Positions 1 to 10,069 of a DNA stretch of 58,071 nucleotides are shown here, piece by piece (the first letter of the stretch is position 1; each line of letters begins with the position of its first letter). The stretch is from a virus. Its lineage: Duplodnaviria > Caudoviricetes. The translations under genes were made by a program, and so were the position numbers. The notes beneath the pieces were generated by a model, which was not told the DNA's origin, ran no database searches, and saw only the letters and a program-made list of their open reading frames with translations. The stretch covers positions 1 to 58,071 of the IMG/VR virus record IMGVR_UViG_3300040946_000134. One strand, given 5' to 3'.

Positions 1-234
1 GCGAACATAGGGAGCGATCTGCGCAGAAACCGTAATCGGCAGCAAGAACAGAAAAAGGGGCACGTTGAGCAAACGCTTAGGACGCCTTGAGCCGATTTGG
101 CTGAAGAGCGCACGAAAGATCTTGAGCATCTTAGTTACTCCAGCAGAAATATTCCCGGTACTGGTCGAATTGGTCAGAGTGAACACGTAGGACCCAGGCC
201 CTGACCCCGTGCGCGTATAGGGTGAAAGCGGCAT
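1..234 (-). CDS. Partial ORF running off the window edge, hypothetical tail-region protein (start at 234 or 129)
   Basis: Open frame from ATG 234 through ATG 129 (MLKIFRALF...LFLFLLPITVSAQ), hydrophobic signal-like segment. Confidence 0.45.
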   Translation of the reverse strand, partial: MPLSPYTRTGSGPGSYVFTLTNSTSTGNISAGVTKMLKIFRALFSQIGSRRPKRLLNVPLFLFLLPITVSAQIAPYVR

Positions 235-237
235 TGC

Positions 238-1131
238 TTACGGAGTGCCCCATTTAGTGGAGCAATAGGTGTGAATGTTGGCCAAAAGCGTTGTTAATGC
301 GCCGCCGGTTGGAATCGAACCGGCATAAACCTGGGCCTCCCCAATGTCGGATTCAAAAACTTGGCCGTCCCCCCAGCAATCACTCGCCAGAACGAAAGTG
401 CACCCAGCCGTGAGGCTGATTGAATTTGTCCCATTACCGGCGGCAGACCCGTCAATATAATATGCATATGTGGAGGATGTAACAACCAGGACATATGTAT
501 GCCAGGTTCCCTCAGACATTGTTGTTGTGCTTGAAGGGCCTCCGACCTCCGCGCTCTTATTGTAATATACCGCCCCAACCCCTCCCGATATGTTAATGCC
601 AAACGATAGACCGCCTTGATTGCTGGAGCCCAACAGGCCCCCGTTAACGGTAGGAATTTCAGTGACGCCGACAAGGATATAGGGGAAGGTGCTGGCCGAA
701 TATCCGCCGGTGTTCGGAGCGAAGCTTGTTGAGCCGGTCCCGACAAAAACATTCTGGCTATTCTGCACGTTCGTCGAATAGGTCAGCGGGGCTACATTTA
801 CGGAATTCGTAAGCGAATAGGAATGCCCCGGAGCGTTGTCATATATTGGGGTTGTACCGGAAATGCCGACATTCGCCCCATTCGTGAAATTCCCGGAGTA
901 GGTCCCTCCGCCCGCCGTTGTGGCCGTGCTGGCGTCGTACCAGGAAACGAGGGACGCCTCGCTTGCCGGAGTCCATCCGCCGCCCGGAATAGTAAAACCG
1001 TTAATCGCCGATACCTGAAAGCCGTTGATGTAGCTGGTGGTATTTACCGTAAATCCGTTGAGCTTGCTGACCTGCGCAGAAGACGACAGGGCAAGCCCAA
1101 GGGCCGCTATCAATGCCAAGATTTGTTTCAC
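238..1131 (-). CDS. LamG/concanavalin-A-like domain protein with N-terminal signal peptide
   Basis: MKQILALIAALGLALSSSAQ signal; LVSWYDAS, GTWHTYVLVV...YYIDG, IGEAQVY motifs typical of LamG folds. Confidence 0.7.
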   Translation of the reverse strand: MKQILALIAALGLALSSSAQVSKLNGFTVNTTSYINGFQVSAINGFTIPGGGWTPASEASLVSWYDASTATTAGGGTYSGNFTNGANVGISGTTPIYDNAPGHSYSLTNSVNVAPLTYSTNVQNSQNVFVGTGSTSFAPNTGGYSASTFPYILVGVTEIPTVNGGLLGSSNQGGLSFGINISGGVGAVYYNKSAEVGGPSSTTTMSEGTWHTYVLVVTSSTYAYYIDGSAAGNGTNSISLTAGCTFVLASDCWGDGQVFESDIGEAQVYAGSIPTGGALTTLLANIHTYCSTKWGTP

Positions 1132-1132
1132 G

Positions 1133-2641
1133 TCAGGAGTGGGTCACGTACTCGTTCGTGAAGTTGAAAAGCACGGTCGTGGCCGATAGGGCGGTCCCAA
1201 CCTGCTGGATGATGTTGCCCGACCCGCTTGGCGCCGTCTGAGTCAGGCCCCCGGCGGTCGACAGATAGATTATGCCCCCGACCGTCCAGGACCAGCCCGA
1301 TTTGGTCAGCACTCCGTTGGTCAGCACCACCGCCGGCGTGCTCGCTCCCCCGGCGTTCGAGACGACAACCCCGCGGGCGACCGTGGGCGTCGTGCAGTCG
1401 GCGGCCACCCAGTTGCCGGAACTGTTGTATGTCACGGCCTCGCCAAGCGAAAGCGAGGACCCACCGGCATTCAGGTACGTGACCTTTATCCCCTGGCCTA
1501 CGCCGCTTGCTGGCGCGGCACTGATGGTTACCACGCTCTGGGCAAACGCATCGGTCGCAACATCCGTGCTGGTATCGCCTATCGCCTGGGTCGCGGCCGT
1601 CACGCCGTTGCCCAGCGCCGCGGTGCCGTGCGTGGTCGGCCCAAACGTGACACTGGGCGTGCTTCCGTTCGTCGCCACCAAGAAATTCTCGTAGGCCGTT
1701 CCAGTCGTGTAGTAGTAGCCCATGTCCCAAGTGTGGGCGTTGGTCGTATCTCCCGTGATGGCCTGTCCGTTCGCGACCACGAAGCCGCTGTTGAAGGTAG
1801 AGGTACCAGTAACCGTGAACGAGCCCACCGTCAGCGCCACGATCCCCGTCAGCGTGCCAGCACCGTCCGTCGTGATGGCCGAGTCGATGTAGGAATCGGC
1901 ACCTCCGTTGCCCATCATTATGTGATACGGGGTCAAGGCGCCGGCCGTGTGCGTGACCGTGCCGGAGCCACCAGCCGCCCACTTGACTCCATAGGTCTGC
2001 GATGAATCGGCCGTAACCACGTAGCCGTCTGCCCCTACGCCCAGCTTGTTCAGAGTATTCGTTCCTCCAACAAGGATATCGCCCTTAGTGTAAGTCGATT
2101 GCCCTGTGCCACCATAACCAGCGGCCACCGCCGTTCCCTGCCAGACGCCAGTCCCAATCGTTCCGACCGTGACAATCGAAGAATCCCCGGCCACCGGAGC
2201 ATATCCAGGAATGGTCAGGCCGCTTGGAAGGGTCGTCGATTCACTCGCAACGCCGCTGCTATTTGTCACGACCACGGCGCTGTTCACCGGGCCTATGCCA
2301 CCGAATGACCCCGAGGAATTGATCTGGACTGAGTTATAGCTACCGCCCGGAGATCCCCCGCCTCCACCTCCGCTCAGGATGAGGCCGCCGCCGGAGTCCA
2401 CGTGAAGGAAAGCGAAGTTGTTGCTCGGGTCGAGCGCCACCCCGGTTTCACCTCCGGGCGTTATGGCTGCCAGTCCTCGGCCGGAACCGGCCACCAATAT
2501 CTGCCCAAGGGAGTTCACCTGGAGGAATGCCAGATTGCCGCTCGGGTCCACGGCTATGCCCAGGCTTCCCCCGGGCGTCGGCTGCGCGAAGGCCGGAAGG
2601 ACTAGCGCCAGGAAAAGAATCGACTGAACCAGTTTTTTCAT
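1133..2641 (-). CDS. Gly/Thr-rich tail fibre-like protein with signal peptide
   Basis: MKKLVQSILFLALVLPAFAQ; GTIGTGVWQGT, GYGGTG, KGDILVG...LGVGADGYVVTADS fibre repeats; C-terminal YLSTAGGLTQTAP...QQVGTALSAT domain. Confidence 0.65.
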   Translation of the reverse strand: MKKLVQSILFLALVLPAFAQPTPGGSLGIAVDPSGNLAFLQVNSLGQILVAGSGRGLAAITPGGETGVALDPSNNFAFLHVDSGGGLILSGGGGGGSPGGSYNSVQINSSGSFGGIGPVNSAVVVTNSSGVASESTTLPSGLTIPGYAPVAGDSSIVTVGTIGTGVWQGTAVAAGYGGTGQSTYTKGDILVGGTNTLNKLGVGADGYVVTADSSQTYGVKWAAGGSGTVTHTAGALTPYHIMMGNGGADSYIDSAITTDGAGTLTGIVALTVGSFTVTGTSTFNSGFVVANGQAITGDTTNAHTWDMGYYYTTGTAYENFLVATNGSTPSVTFGPTTHGTAALGNGVTAATQAIGDTSTDVATDAFAQSVVTISAAPASGVGQGIKVTYLNAGGSSLSLGEAVTYNSSGNWVAADCTTPTVARGVVVSNAGGASTPAVVLTNGVLTKSGWSWTVGGIIYLSTAGGLTQTAPSGSGNIIQQVGTALSATTVLFNFTNEYVTHS

Positions 2642-2667
2642 CGAAGAAGTCCGGTTTTGTTGGGAGA

Positions 2668-3486
2668 TTAGGAAGAGACCGATGGAATGGCAAACAATGT
2701 TAATACCCACTGTCCCTGGGTGTTGCTGTAAACGAAATCCGCCGTTGCCGATCGGTTGGTTCCGTTCGTCGTCAGAGACTTGACCACAGGCCCGGAAAGG
2801 CTGCCGCTCACCAGGTCTATGACTATGCCGGAGACGGTCGGCAGGAGAAGGAGCAGGCGGATTGTGTTCCCGTTCACGGCCCCGGCCTGAGACAGGATTC
2901 CATAGCTAGTTCGGGCCGTTCCCTCAACGGTCACTATCTCCGTGTGAACTTGGGCTCCTGGCGCGACCGTGAAATTCCCGGAGGCGTTTGTCTGCTCGTT
3001 CTCGTCCACGGAAAGCGGGGCCTCGACTGGAAGTCCCGGGTTGTAGATGACGATTGGACCGGCCCCGTAGGTCAGGACGTTACCATCAACCGTGATCCCT
3101 TGGAACACGCCCCAATAGGACTGCTCCGTGCCGCCTCCGCAGCTCTGGTCCGTGTCCGCCGGAGTCAGCTCGAACGTGGCGTTCTGGTCCGTGCCATTCA
3201 GCCAACCCTCTGAGGTTACCACCTGCTCGAACTCGTCCGCCGTCAGGGTAGAAACCACTAAGGCGTTCGGAGAGGAGGAGGACTGCATCAGGGTGAACTG
3301 CAGTGACTCTATGTTCGCAAGGTCCACCGGGTTTCCGTTCTGGTCGAAGACCGCGACCTGTATGGCAACGGACTGCGATCTCCAAAAGCGAGGCGCGTTT
3401 CCCGTGTTTGCGTCCACCGGGGTTTCGGGAGGCGAAGAGACGGTGCTCAGCGCCACCCGGATTGGAATTTGTTCGTAGGAGCCCAT
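2668..3486 (-). CDS. Hypothetical tail/baseplate-associated protein
   Basis: Long ORF in tail module, beta-rich composition. Confidence 0.55.
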   Translation of the reverse strand: MGSYEQIPIRVALSTVSSPPETPVDANTGNAPRFWRSQSVAIQVAVFDQNGNPVDLANIESLQFTLMQSSSSPNALVVSTLTADEFEQVVTSEGWLNGTDQNATFELTPADTDQSCGGGTEQSYWGVFQGITVDGNVLTYGAGPIVIYNPGLPVEAPLSVDENEQTNASGNFTVAPGAQVHTEIVTVEGTARTSYGILSQAGAVNGNTIRLLLLLPTVSGIVIDLVSGSLSGPVVKSLTTNGTNRSATADFVYSNTQGQWVLTLFAIPSVSS

Positions 3487-3490
3487 GTTT

Positions 3491-4312
3491 TTAGAAGAAC
3501 ATCACGCTGAGCATTTGAGGATTGACCAGGCCTTCGGAGGAGCCTCCCGCCAACACCGGACCAGCGTACCAGGCATAGACGGATGCCTGAGCGCCGGTCT
3601 TTATGATTGCGCTCGTTCCTACCCCGGCGCAGATCGTGCAGTTGTCTCCATTACCCGGGATGGCTCCGTTGGGAGTTCCTGACGCCCCGGCCAGTCCATA
3701 GATCCCGTTCCCGCTTCCGTCCGTAGGCAGTGGATTTTGGAAGTTCACCAAGTAGCTCCCCGTGCCCGTCTTGGTCACGCTGCTCACGTTGAAACTTTGG
3801 AACACGTTGCAGGTGGGGCCCGTTGTCCCGTCGAAGACCACGGAGGCCTTGATCAGGTTTGGGCCCTGAAGGGAAGCCGCTAGCGTGATCCAGTTGTTCG
3901 TGTCAACAAGAGGATCCGAGTTTATCCCGTTCCCGATGCAGACGTAAATGGTGGCGTTGGCCACGGACGGGTTGGGCCCGCGCCGGCACACGTCCCCGAA
4001 ATTGTACGTGGTCAGGGAAACCCCGGGAGCGGACACGTTAGAGTCCCACTCCGGGATTCCGCGGGCGGAAAGATAGGAGACCAGCCACGTGACGGTGAGC
4101 CTGAACCCGTTCTCATCCTGCCAGAACGGAGACTGCCCGTTCACTAGCGAACCCAGGATTCCAAGGAGCCACTGTGGAGTTTGTATGGCCTGCGGGTCGC
4201 CGCTCCAGGACTGAGAGCCGCCGGCAGCCGAACCGAAGGTTTCTATGTTACCCGTCGGAGCGAGGGAGCTTCCGAAGATGTAGGCGGTTTTTCTTGCTAG
4301 TCCTGATGGCAT
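3491..4312 (-). CDS. Tail fibre protein
   Basis: N-terminal YLSARGIPEWD baseplate-attachment motif; C-terminal ASVVFDGT...SFNVSSVTKTGTGSYLVNF fibre tip domain. Confidence 0.75.
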   Translation of the reverse strand: MPSGLARKTAYIFGSSLAPTGNIETFGSAAGGSQSWSGDPQAIQTPQWLLGILGSLVNGQSPFWQDENGFRLTVTWLVSYLSARGIPEWDSNVSAPGVSLTTYNFGDVCRRGPNPSVANATIYVCIGNGINSDPLVDTNNWITLAASLQGPNLIKASVVFDGTTGPTCNVFQSFNVSSVTKTGTGSYLVNFQNPLPTDGSGNGIYGLAGASGTPNGAIPGNGDNCTICAGVGTSAIIKTGAQASVYAWYAGPVLAGGSSEGLVNPQMLSVMFF

Positions 4313-4335
4313 TTTGTGTTCCTCGGTTTATCGTA

Positions 4336-5532
4336 TCACGTGAATATGGTGGAGGGCTCGTTGTTCACTATTGGGTTTATCCCCGCGGCGGAGACGCCTA
4401 TACCCTGACGCTCGATCTTATTGGTGGGGCAACCCTTGTCTATCTGAAGGGCTATCTGGCTTCCGTAAATCGTGTTTTCATCCTCCACGAACGAGCTTGC
4501 ATTGCCGTTGGTTATCAGAACCACGGGAAGATCGTACCCGCAGTACATCTTGCTCTTCGCCACCCTGATCCCGGTGCATCCGCTCAGGCGTAGCATCGGA
4601 GCGCTGTTGTTGCTTCCGGACTGCATCCAGCCTCCGTCGATCTTTATGTCCGATCCATACTCCACGTCTATCCCTCCCTGGTAGAAGTCCCCGGAATATC
4701 CGTTGTCGAGCATGTAGTCGTTCACGCTGCATCCGGCCAGGCCGTTCGGGAACTGAGACTGGGTTCCGATCATCTTGAACAGAGAACCCATCCCAACCCC
4801 GCGGATCTTCGTGAACATCAGTCCCTGGCAATCGGTGAGACCGTTCCCCGCATTTCCAAGCAGGATCGGAAGGTTCCACTGCGCCAGCGTTATGTTGTCG
4901 TACTGCCCGTTCACGCAGGATAGGAACTGCATCGCGTTCCCGGATCCAGGCCCGGAGGTGGGCACCGTCTCGGTCGCAAGATTTCCCGCTCCATAAATGA
5001 ATAGGTCTTCGAGGGTCAAGTGGCAGCAAACATTGAAGCGCGGCCCTCCGGTCCATCCGGCCCCAAGAGTTACTTGGGCATATTCGCCCTTCAGAAGAAC
5101 TCCGATGGAAACGCCCTTGACCGAGCACCCGCGGTTGGTCTCCGCGGCCGTTCCATTCGCCGTCCCGTAGTCCAGGTTGATCGGCAGTCCGCAGGCGGCT
5201 CCGGCCATTATCCCGAGGTCCCGGATCTCCATTGCGTTCAGGAACGGATAGGGCCCAACGGATAGGCCGAAATCAAACCCGTTCGTTGGATTCTTGAAAA
5301 GGAACTCCGTGGCCGTTGCCCCATCTCCAAAGATCGCCCCGCGGCCTCCGGACCAACCCGCCGGAGGAGAGAACGCGGTTTCAGAGATATACTGTCCTGC
5401 CGGGAAGTGCAGGGAAGCAGGGCCGGAAGCAAGCTCATTGCAGAAGGCGTCCATGGCCGCAGCCAAGGCGGACGTGTCGTCCGTCTTTCCGTCTCCCTTG
5501 GCCGAGAACGATGCTGCTTCCAGATTGGTCAC
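4336..5532 (-). CDS. Pectate-lyase-like beta-helix protein (tailspike/depolymerase candidate)
   Basis: FSAKGDGKTDDTSALAAA...LHFPAGQY motif; GTG start overlaps upstream stop (GTGA). Confidence 0.75.
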   Translation of the reverse strand: MTNLEAASFSAKGDGKTDDTSALAAAMDAFCNELASGPASLHFPAGQYISETAFSPPAGWSGGRGAIFGDGATATEFLFKNPTNGFDFGLSVGPYPFLNAMEIRDLGIMAGAACGLPINLDYGTANGTAAETNRGCSVKGVSIGVLLKGEYAQVTLGAGWTGGPRFNVCCHLTLEDLFIYGAGNLATETVPTSGPGSGNAMQFLSCVNGQYDNITLAQWNLPILLGNAGNGLTDCQGLMFTKIRGVGMGSLFKMIGTQSQFPNGLAGCSVNDYMLDNGYSGDFYQGGIDVEYGSDIKIDGGWMQSGSNNSAPMLRLSGCTGIRVAKSKMYCGYDLPVVLITNGNASSFVEDENTIYGSQIALQIDKGCPTNKIERQGIGVSAAGINPIVNNEPSTIFT

Positions 5533-7775
5533 GGGAAATAGGTTGGGGTTGCCGCGTGGGTCGGGGGGTTGCTCGTCCCGGTGAAATACCCGTTTCCGCC
5601 TCCGTAAATCACCGTGGAGCTGGTCACACCGCCATTCAAGATGTTGGTCACCGCCGTCTGTCCCCAGGCCATGTTCCCGGAGAACCCAAGGGCGTTCAGG
5701 GCCACGCTGTTGGAGCTGCCGTCGATCGTTATGGCGTATTGCGGAACGTACGTGGTGTATGAGACTCCATTCCACCAGGTCGATCCCATTGCGCAGTTCT
5801 GGATCTCGCACCCGTCCGAGATTATGCTTGAGTCCGAATAGATGTAGATCCAGGTCGAGTTAGTCGTGCCGATGTTAAGGGCCGTGGATTGCAGACCATG
5901 GACCTTCACGCCCGGGGCCTTACTGATCCAGACCCCACCAAGCCCCGTGTACGTGTTGTTGCTCAGGATCTGCCCGCCCGTGAACTCTATACGCCCGGTG
6001 TTAAGGGTAGATCCGTTTGTTCCTCCTCCAAGGATCAAGGCCCCAACCTTCCCCCAGTCATAGTAGCATCCGGTGAATTGCTCGCCCACGTCCCCGTTCG
6101 ATACCCCGGAGCTGTTCTGGGTGCCGTCTATGAAAACTCCAGCCGATAGCGGGTCCGAAGGATACCCTCCGCTCGGTCCCTCGAACATGACGTTTGAAAT
6201 CTGGGACTGGCTAACGTCTCCCGCTATGACCAAGCATCCGGGGACGGTCTCAACCACGCCAGTTCCAATCGTGCAAGTTCCGGAACTTGGTATTGCGCAG
6301 AATGGCGGACCGATTGGCGTTAGCCCGAGGTACGTGTTAGCCGCCACCGTGGTTGCCCTATAAAACCCGTTGTAGGCCGTGGTGGTCATTCCACTCAAGA
6401 CCACCCACGTTCCAGGGTTTATTCCGGTCGTGTTGGACATGTCCACCGTGATGAAGGAGCCGTTCGACCCTATGCTAGAAACCGTGGAGGAATTATAGCT
6501 ATACTGCGGGCCTCCGCCCTGTATCTCACAGTTCGCAATCTGCGTGCCTCCGGATGAGGTTCCGACCTGTAGCATCGCCGGCCGTCCGTTGCTCGTGTTG
6601 TTGAAGTCGCAGTTCGTGAAGTTTCCAGAGCTGAACTGAACCACGCACCCGCCGGGGCTCAGCGTCTTGCTGTTCACGTTGTTCATCTCCAGGAACCCGG
6701 TCGAAGATCCGAAAACCCACGCATCCCCCGTGCAGCGGGTCTGCACGTTGCTTATCGTTATGGACCTGGAGGCCCCGGCTATCGAGATGAGCGGGTAGCC
6801 GTAGGCCCGGCTGTTGACCGACTGGAAGTTCAGGTTGGTTATCGAGACGTTCCCGGCCGTAGACTGAAAGATTGGAGCCGTGGTCGATTGAGTCTCGATC
6901 AAGGTGGTGCTGTCCGCGTCTCCGGTCAGTGCTATGTCCGCCGTTGTCGCGCTTAACCCGTCCACGCGGTAATAGTCACCGGACCCGGTTCCCGAAGGCG
7001 GGAAGTAGAAGACGGACCCTGCCGGAGCCGCGGCGATGATCGAGTTCAGTGAGCTGGACCAATCCGTCGATCCGTCCGGGACTATCCCGTAATCCGCCAC
7101 GTTGTACACTGGTCCATTCACCCACGCAGGAGCGGCGCTAGAAGACCCGGTGCCCTTCTGGGAAAGATATTGCCGGCGCGTCCCCGTGTTTCCCGGTAGC
7201 CTGTACGTGCTCTCGTTCGGGTTGGTTCCCCCAACGTAGAACGTGTCCCCAAGGGTCTCATATGCGTTCGTCGCTCCAAGCACGATGCCGAGATTGGTGT
7301 CCGATCCGGAAGCGGATAAAAGGACCTGATTGCCGGAGCTGGCTATCGTGACGTTGCCGCCCGACGCGATGTAGAGGAACCCGGTGCCGTTACCGAGCAA
7401 CTCCAGCCCTCCGTTCGTCACCCCTGTGGTCAGCCGTGCCTCTCCGCCTCCGAGCGGGCTCATGATGAGTTCCGGGCTTTGGATAGTCAGGTCCCCCGGC
7501 ATATACCATATCGGGCTTCCGGTCACGTCCGTGATGAATGATCCACCGTCGGTCCACGCAAGCTGGCCGTAAACCGAAACCTGCCCTCCGAAATGGAAGG
7601 GCTGAAGGCTGCTCACGTACAGCGTTCCTCCGCTGGCCGTTATCGTCGTGCCTCCGGGTAGCGTCAGCGTCTGCTGGACGTTCAGGTTATTGTAGCTGGC
7701 CGTGCCCTGAGCCATGGCGCTCAAGGCCGTAATGCCGGCCACTGCGATCGCGGAGAGGAATTTCAGGATTCTCAT
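5529..7775 (-). CDS. Beta-helix (pectate-lyase-like) tailspike-type protein with signal peptide
   Basis: VYNVADYGIVPDGSTD...VFYFPP motif, parallel beta-helix composition; N-terminal MRILKFLSAIAVAGITALSAMAQ. Confidence 0.7.
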   Translation of the reverse strand: MRILKFLSAIAVAGITALSAMAQGTASYNNLNVQQTLTLPGGTTITASGGTLYVSSLQPFHFGGQVSVYGQLAWTDGGSFITDVTGSPIWYMPGDLTIQSPELIMSPLGGGEARLTTGVTNGGLELLGNGTGFLYIASGGNVTIASSGNQVLLSASGSDTNLGIVLGATNAYETLGDTFYVGGTNPNESTYRLPGNTGTRRQYLSQKGTGSSSAAPAWVNGPVYNVADYGIVPDGSTDWSSSLNSIIAAAPAGSVFYFPPSGTGSGDYYRVDGLSATTADIALTGDADSTTLIETQSTTAPIFQSTAGNVSITNLNFQSVNSRAYGYPLISIAGASRSITISNVQTRCTGDAWVFGSSTGFLEMNNVNSKTLSPGGCVVQFSSGNFTNCDFNNTSNGRPAMLQVGTSSGGTQIANCEIQGGGPQYSYNSSTVSSIGSNGSFITVDMSNTTGINPGTWVVLSGMTTTAYNGFYRATTVAANTYLGLTPIGPPFCAIPSSGTCTIGTGVVETVPGCLVIAGDVSQSQISNVMFEGPSGGYPSDPLSAGVFIDGTQNSSGVSNGDVGEQFTGCYYDWGKVGALILGGGTNGSTLNTGRIEFTGGQILSNNTYTGLGGVWISKAPGVKVHGLQSTALNIGTTNSTWIYIYSDSSIISDGCEIQNCAMGSTWWNGVSYTTYVPQYAITIDGSSNSVALNALGFSGNMAWGQTAVTNILNGGVTSSTVIYGGGNGYFTGTSNPPTHAATPTYFP

Positions 7776-8146
7776 GGTAAGGCTTCCCAGTAAACTTTGT
7801 GGTTCGTGTCCCCGACCGGGCCGGAGATTTCAAGGGCGAAGCTGGTTGCGTTCCATCCTCCAACCACCCAGGCGTCGTAAAGGACCGCGGCGGAGCTGGG
7901 GATCATCTTGGTCAGGCGCAGGGCGGAAGGCTCTACCTCCAGCGGCCCTCCGCTGGCGTTGAAGTTTATCGTGAACAACGTGGCGGTGGCGCTCGGTATG
8001 GTGAACGTCCCCCAGGCAAGAGGCCAGCGGAGCGCGGAGAGCGGAAACTGACCGCTGCCAAGAGACGCCGATTGCAGCTCCGCGGAGGCGTCCAGATCCG
8101 GCTGGGTCACCGACCGCGGGATTTCAAGAATTGTGGCGTTGGCCAT
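7772..8146 (-). CDS. Hypothetical tail protein
   Basis: ORF coupled to the downstream gene by start/stop overlap. Confidence 0.6.
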   Translation of the reverse strand: MANATILEIPRSVTQPDLDASAELQSASLGSGQFPLSALRWPLAWGTFTIPSATATLFTINFNASGGPLEVEPSALRLTKMIPSSAAVLYDAWVVGGWNATSFALEISGPVGDTNHKVYWEALP

Positions 8147-8150
8147 GATT

Positions 8151-8849
8151 TCAGGCTGTTATTCGCACCGTTGATCCATCCGATAGGTCTCGAATAGTCG
8201 AGTTGTCCGAGAGGATGCGAGTGAACGTCGATGCCGTTGTGTTTATGTTGATACCAACGCCCATGGGCCTTGGCAAGAAATTGACTAAAACCGCGTTTGA
8301 GATGGGGAGCCCGGCCGGCACGTTGTAGGTCAGGGTCATGTTCAAGTTGTCCGTGCAGGTGATCTGACCGGGGAAGAACTCCTCCAGGAAGGATTGGATG
8401 TAGGAGAATGTTCCATCGAAGTGGTTCAGGGCTATTTGAAGCTGTAGAACGAAGAGGAACTGCACGTCCGTGAACGCCGTGGTCGGGAAGTCGATCTCGT
8501 TCACGCTGTCGTACACATACCCGTTCAGGGTGGAAGACCCCACGGAGTTGAACCCCTGGAACGGTCCTCCGCCCAACGCGTTGGCGTAGCTGAAAAGGAG
8601 AACTGAGGCCGGGATGTTCGAGTTTCGGTTCACCCCGATGTACTTTGCCAGTATGTCTAGCTGGTTCCCCTCCGCCGTTTCTAAGTCAAAGCAGACGGCC
8701 AACTGCGAGGCCATGAAATCCGCGAGCGCCTGCTTGACCAGGATGTTCATCGTCGCGGTCGCCTTCGGCAAGCCCCGGAACTGAATCGGCAGGAGCGCCG
8801 AGTAGTACTGGATCAGACCGGCCAGCGTGAACGTATCGTAAGTGGGCAT
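8151..8849 (-). CDS. Baseplate wedge protein (DUF2612-like)
   Basis: YSALLPIQF, FDLETAEGNQLDILAKYIGVNR, LPRPMGV motifs; directly after baseplate J. Confidence 0.8.
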   Translation of the reverse strand: MPTYDTFTLAGLIQYYSALLPIQFRGLPKATATMNILVKQALADFMASQLAVCFDLETAEGNQLDILAKYIGVNRNSNIPASVLLFSYANALGGGPFQGFNSVGSSTLNGYVYDSVNEIDFPTTAFTDVQFLFVLQLQIALNHFDGTFSYIQSFLEEFFPGQITCTDNLNMTLTYNVPAGLPISNAVLVNFLPRPMGVGININTTASTFTRILSDNSTIRDLSDGSTVRITA

Positions 8850-8850
8850 C

Positions 8851-10068
8851 TTAGGCGGTGATGCTTATGTAGCTGCTCCCGGTGAACGCGAATTGATCAT
8901 TCACCGCGGCCGGGGTTATCAGCGGGTACCAGTTCGTTCCGTTGAGCGAAACGCCCTCCCCGGTCACGTAGCAGTTCGGATACAGCGTCTTTATGAACGC
9001 CACTATCGAGCTGGCGTCCGCTGCTTGGTTGATCCCGTAGGAACTTCCGAAGGTGGACAGGATCTGGGAGGCGATGTACGCCAGGTCCACGTTTCCGGTT
9101 ATGGGAGCAACCTGAGCCTCGAACCAGATCGGAACCTTGGTGGCCAGGTCGAAAAGGATGTCCACCGGAGGCCCGGCGGGCTGAGCTATTGGTATCGAGA
9201 CCGAACCCTTCATCCCGCACCCCGCATTCCGGTCTATGTTTATCACCTCCGCGATCTCGTTCTCGACCGTTGCCACGTCGGAGGCCCCTATGGTCACCAG
9301 GCACCAGATGGAGTGCCCCGGTATTCCGTTCACGTCCGTGGCGTTCGCCTTGTTCTCCAAGACCAGGGCGTTGGTCACGCCGTCTATGTCCAGAAGCGCC
9401 GCGTAAAGGCCCTGATACCACCCCTGTGACGGAAGGGCCACAGAGTTCGCGCGCCTGATCCTCAGGGCAACGTCCGTCTCCTCGTTCACCCCCACCGTGG
9501 ACGGACCGGTCGGGTTGTTCACCGCCGTGACGTTGGGAAGTATGGTGACCGGGACCGTTATCGTGTTCGGAGCTGAAGTCACGGGCCCCAGGTTCACCCC
9601 CTGGAAGAGAAGCGTCTGTGTTCCTGGGGAAAGAAATGAGTAGGTGGTGACCAGCACGTACTGGTTCCCCTGACCGTCCTGAACCGTGAACGCGCTCGCC
9701 GGAGGGTTCAGGTCCAGGCCGGGAAGCGTCAGCGCCGCGGTGGTCGTGACGGAAACGTATTGCTGCGTGTAAGTCCCTTGCTCCCTGAAGACTCCGTTTA
9801 TCGCGCAGCGCTGATCCAGGACTGTTCCGGTGGCCTGATCTGGGTCCATCGAGTCGTAGATGTTCTGGAGCTGCTGAAGCGTGTCCAGCTTCGCTTGGGC
9901 ATAAATGTCCACCATCTCCATGTCCGGGCTGTTCGGGTTCAGGGAGAGACCAGGGCCATAGATCTGGAGCAATCCCGGATAGCCGTCCGCCCCGTTCAGC
10001 AGCTCGTTCACTATGTCGCTGAATCCCTGAATGGTTAGCCCACCCGGGCCTATGGAGTTGGTTGACAT
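8851..10068 (-). CDS. Baseplate J-like protein
   Basis: DPDQATGTVLD, GVNEETDVALRIRR, IDGVTNALVLEN, GIPGHSI motifs. Confidence 0.9.
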   Translation of the reverse strand: MSTNSIGPGGLTIQGFSDIVNELLNGADGYPGLLQIYGPGLSLNPNSPDMEMVDIYAQAKLDTLQQLQNIYDSMDPDQATGTVLDQRCAINGVFREQGTYTQQYVSVTTTAALTLPGLDLNPPASAFTVQDGQGNQYVLVTTYSFLSPGTQTLLFQGVNLGPVTSAPNTITVPVTILPNVTAVNNPTGPSTVGVNEETDVALRIRRANSVALPSQGWYQGLYAALLDIDGVTNALVLENKANATDVNGIPGHSIWCLVTIGASDVATVENEIAEVINIDRNAGCGMKGSVSIPIAQPAGPPVDILFDLATKVPIWFEAQVAPITGNVDLAYIASQILSTFGSSYGINQAADASSIVAFIKTLYPNCYVTGEGVSLNGTNWYPLITPAAVNDQFAFTGSSYISITA

Positions 10069-10069
10069 G

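Noticed and set aside
238-7775. Diversity-generating retroelement or invertible tail-fibre cassette
   Set aside because: No reverse transcriptase, invertase or TR/VR repeat pair seen
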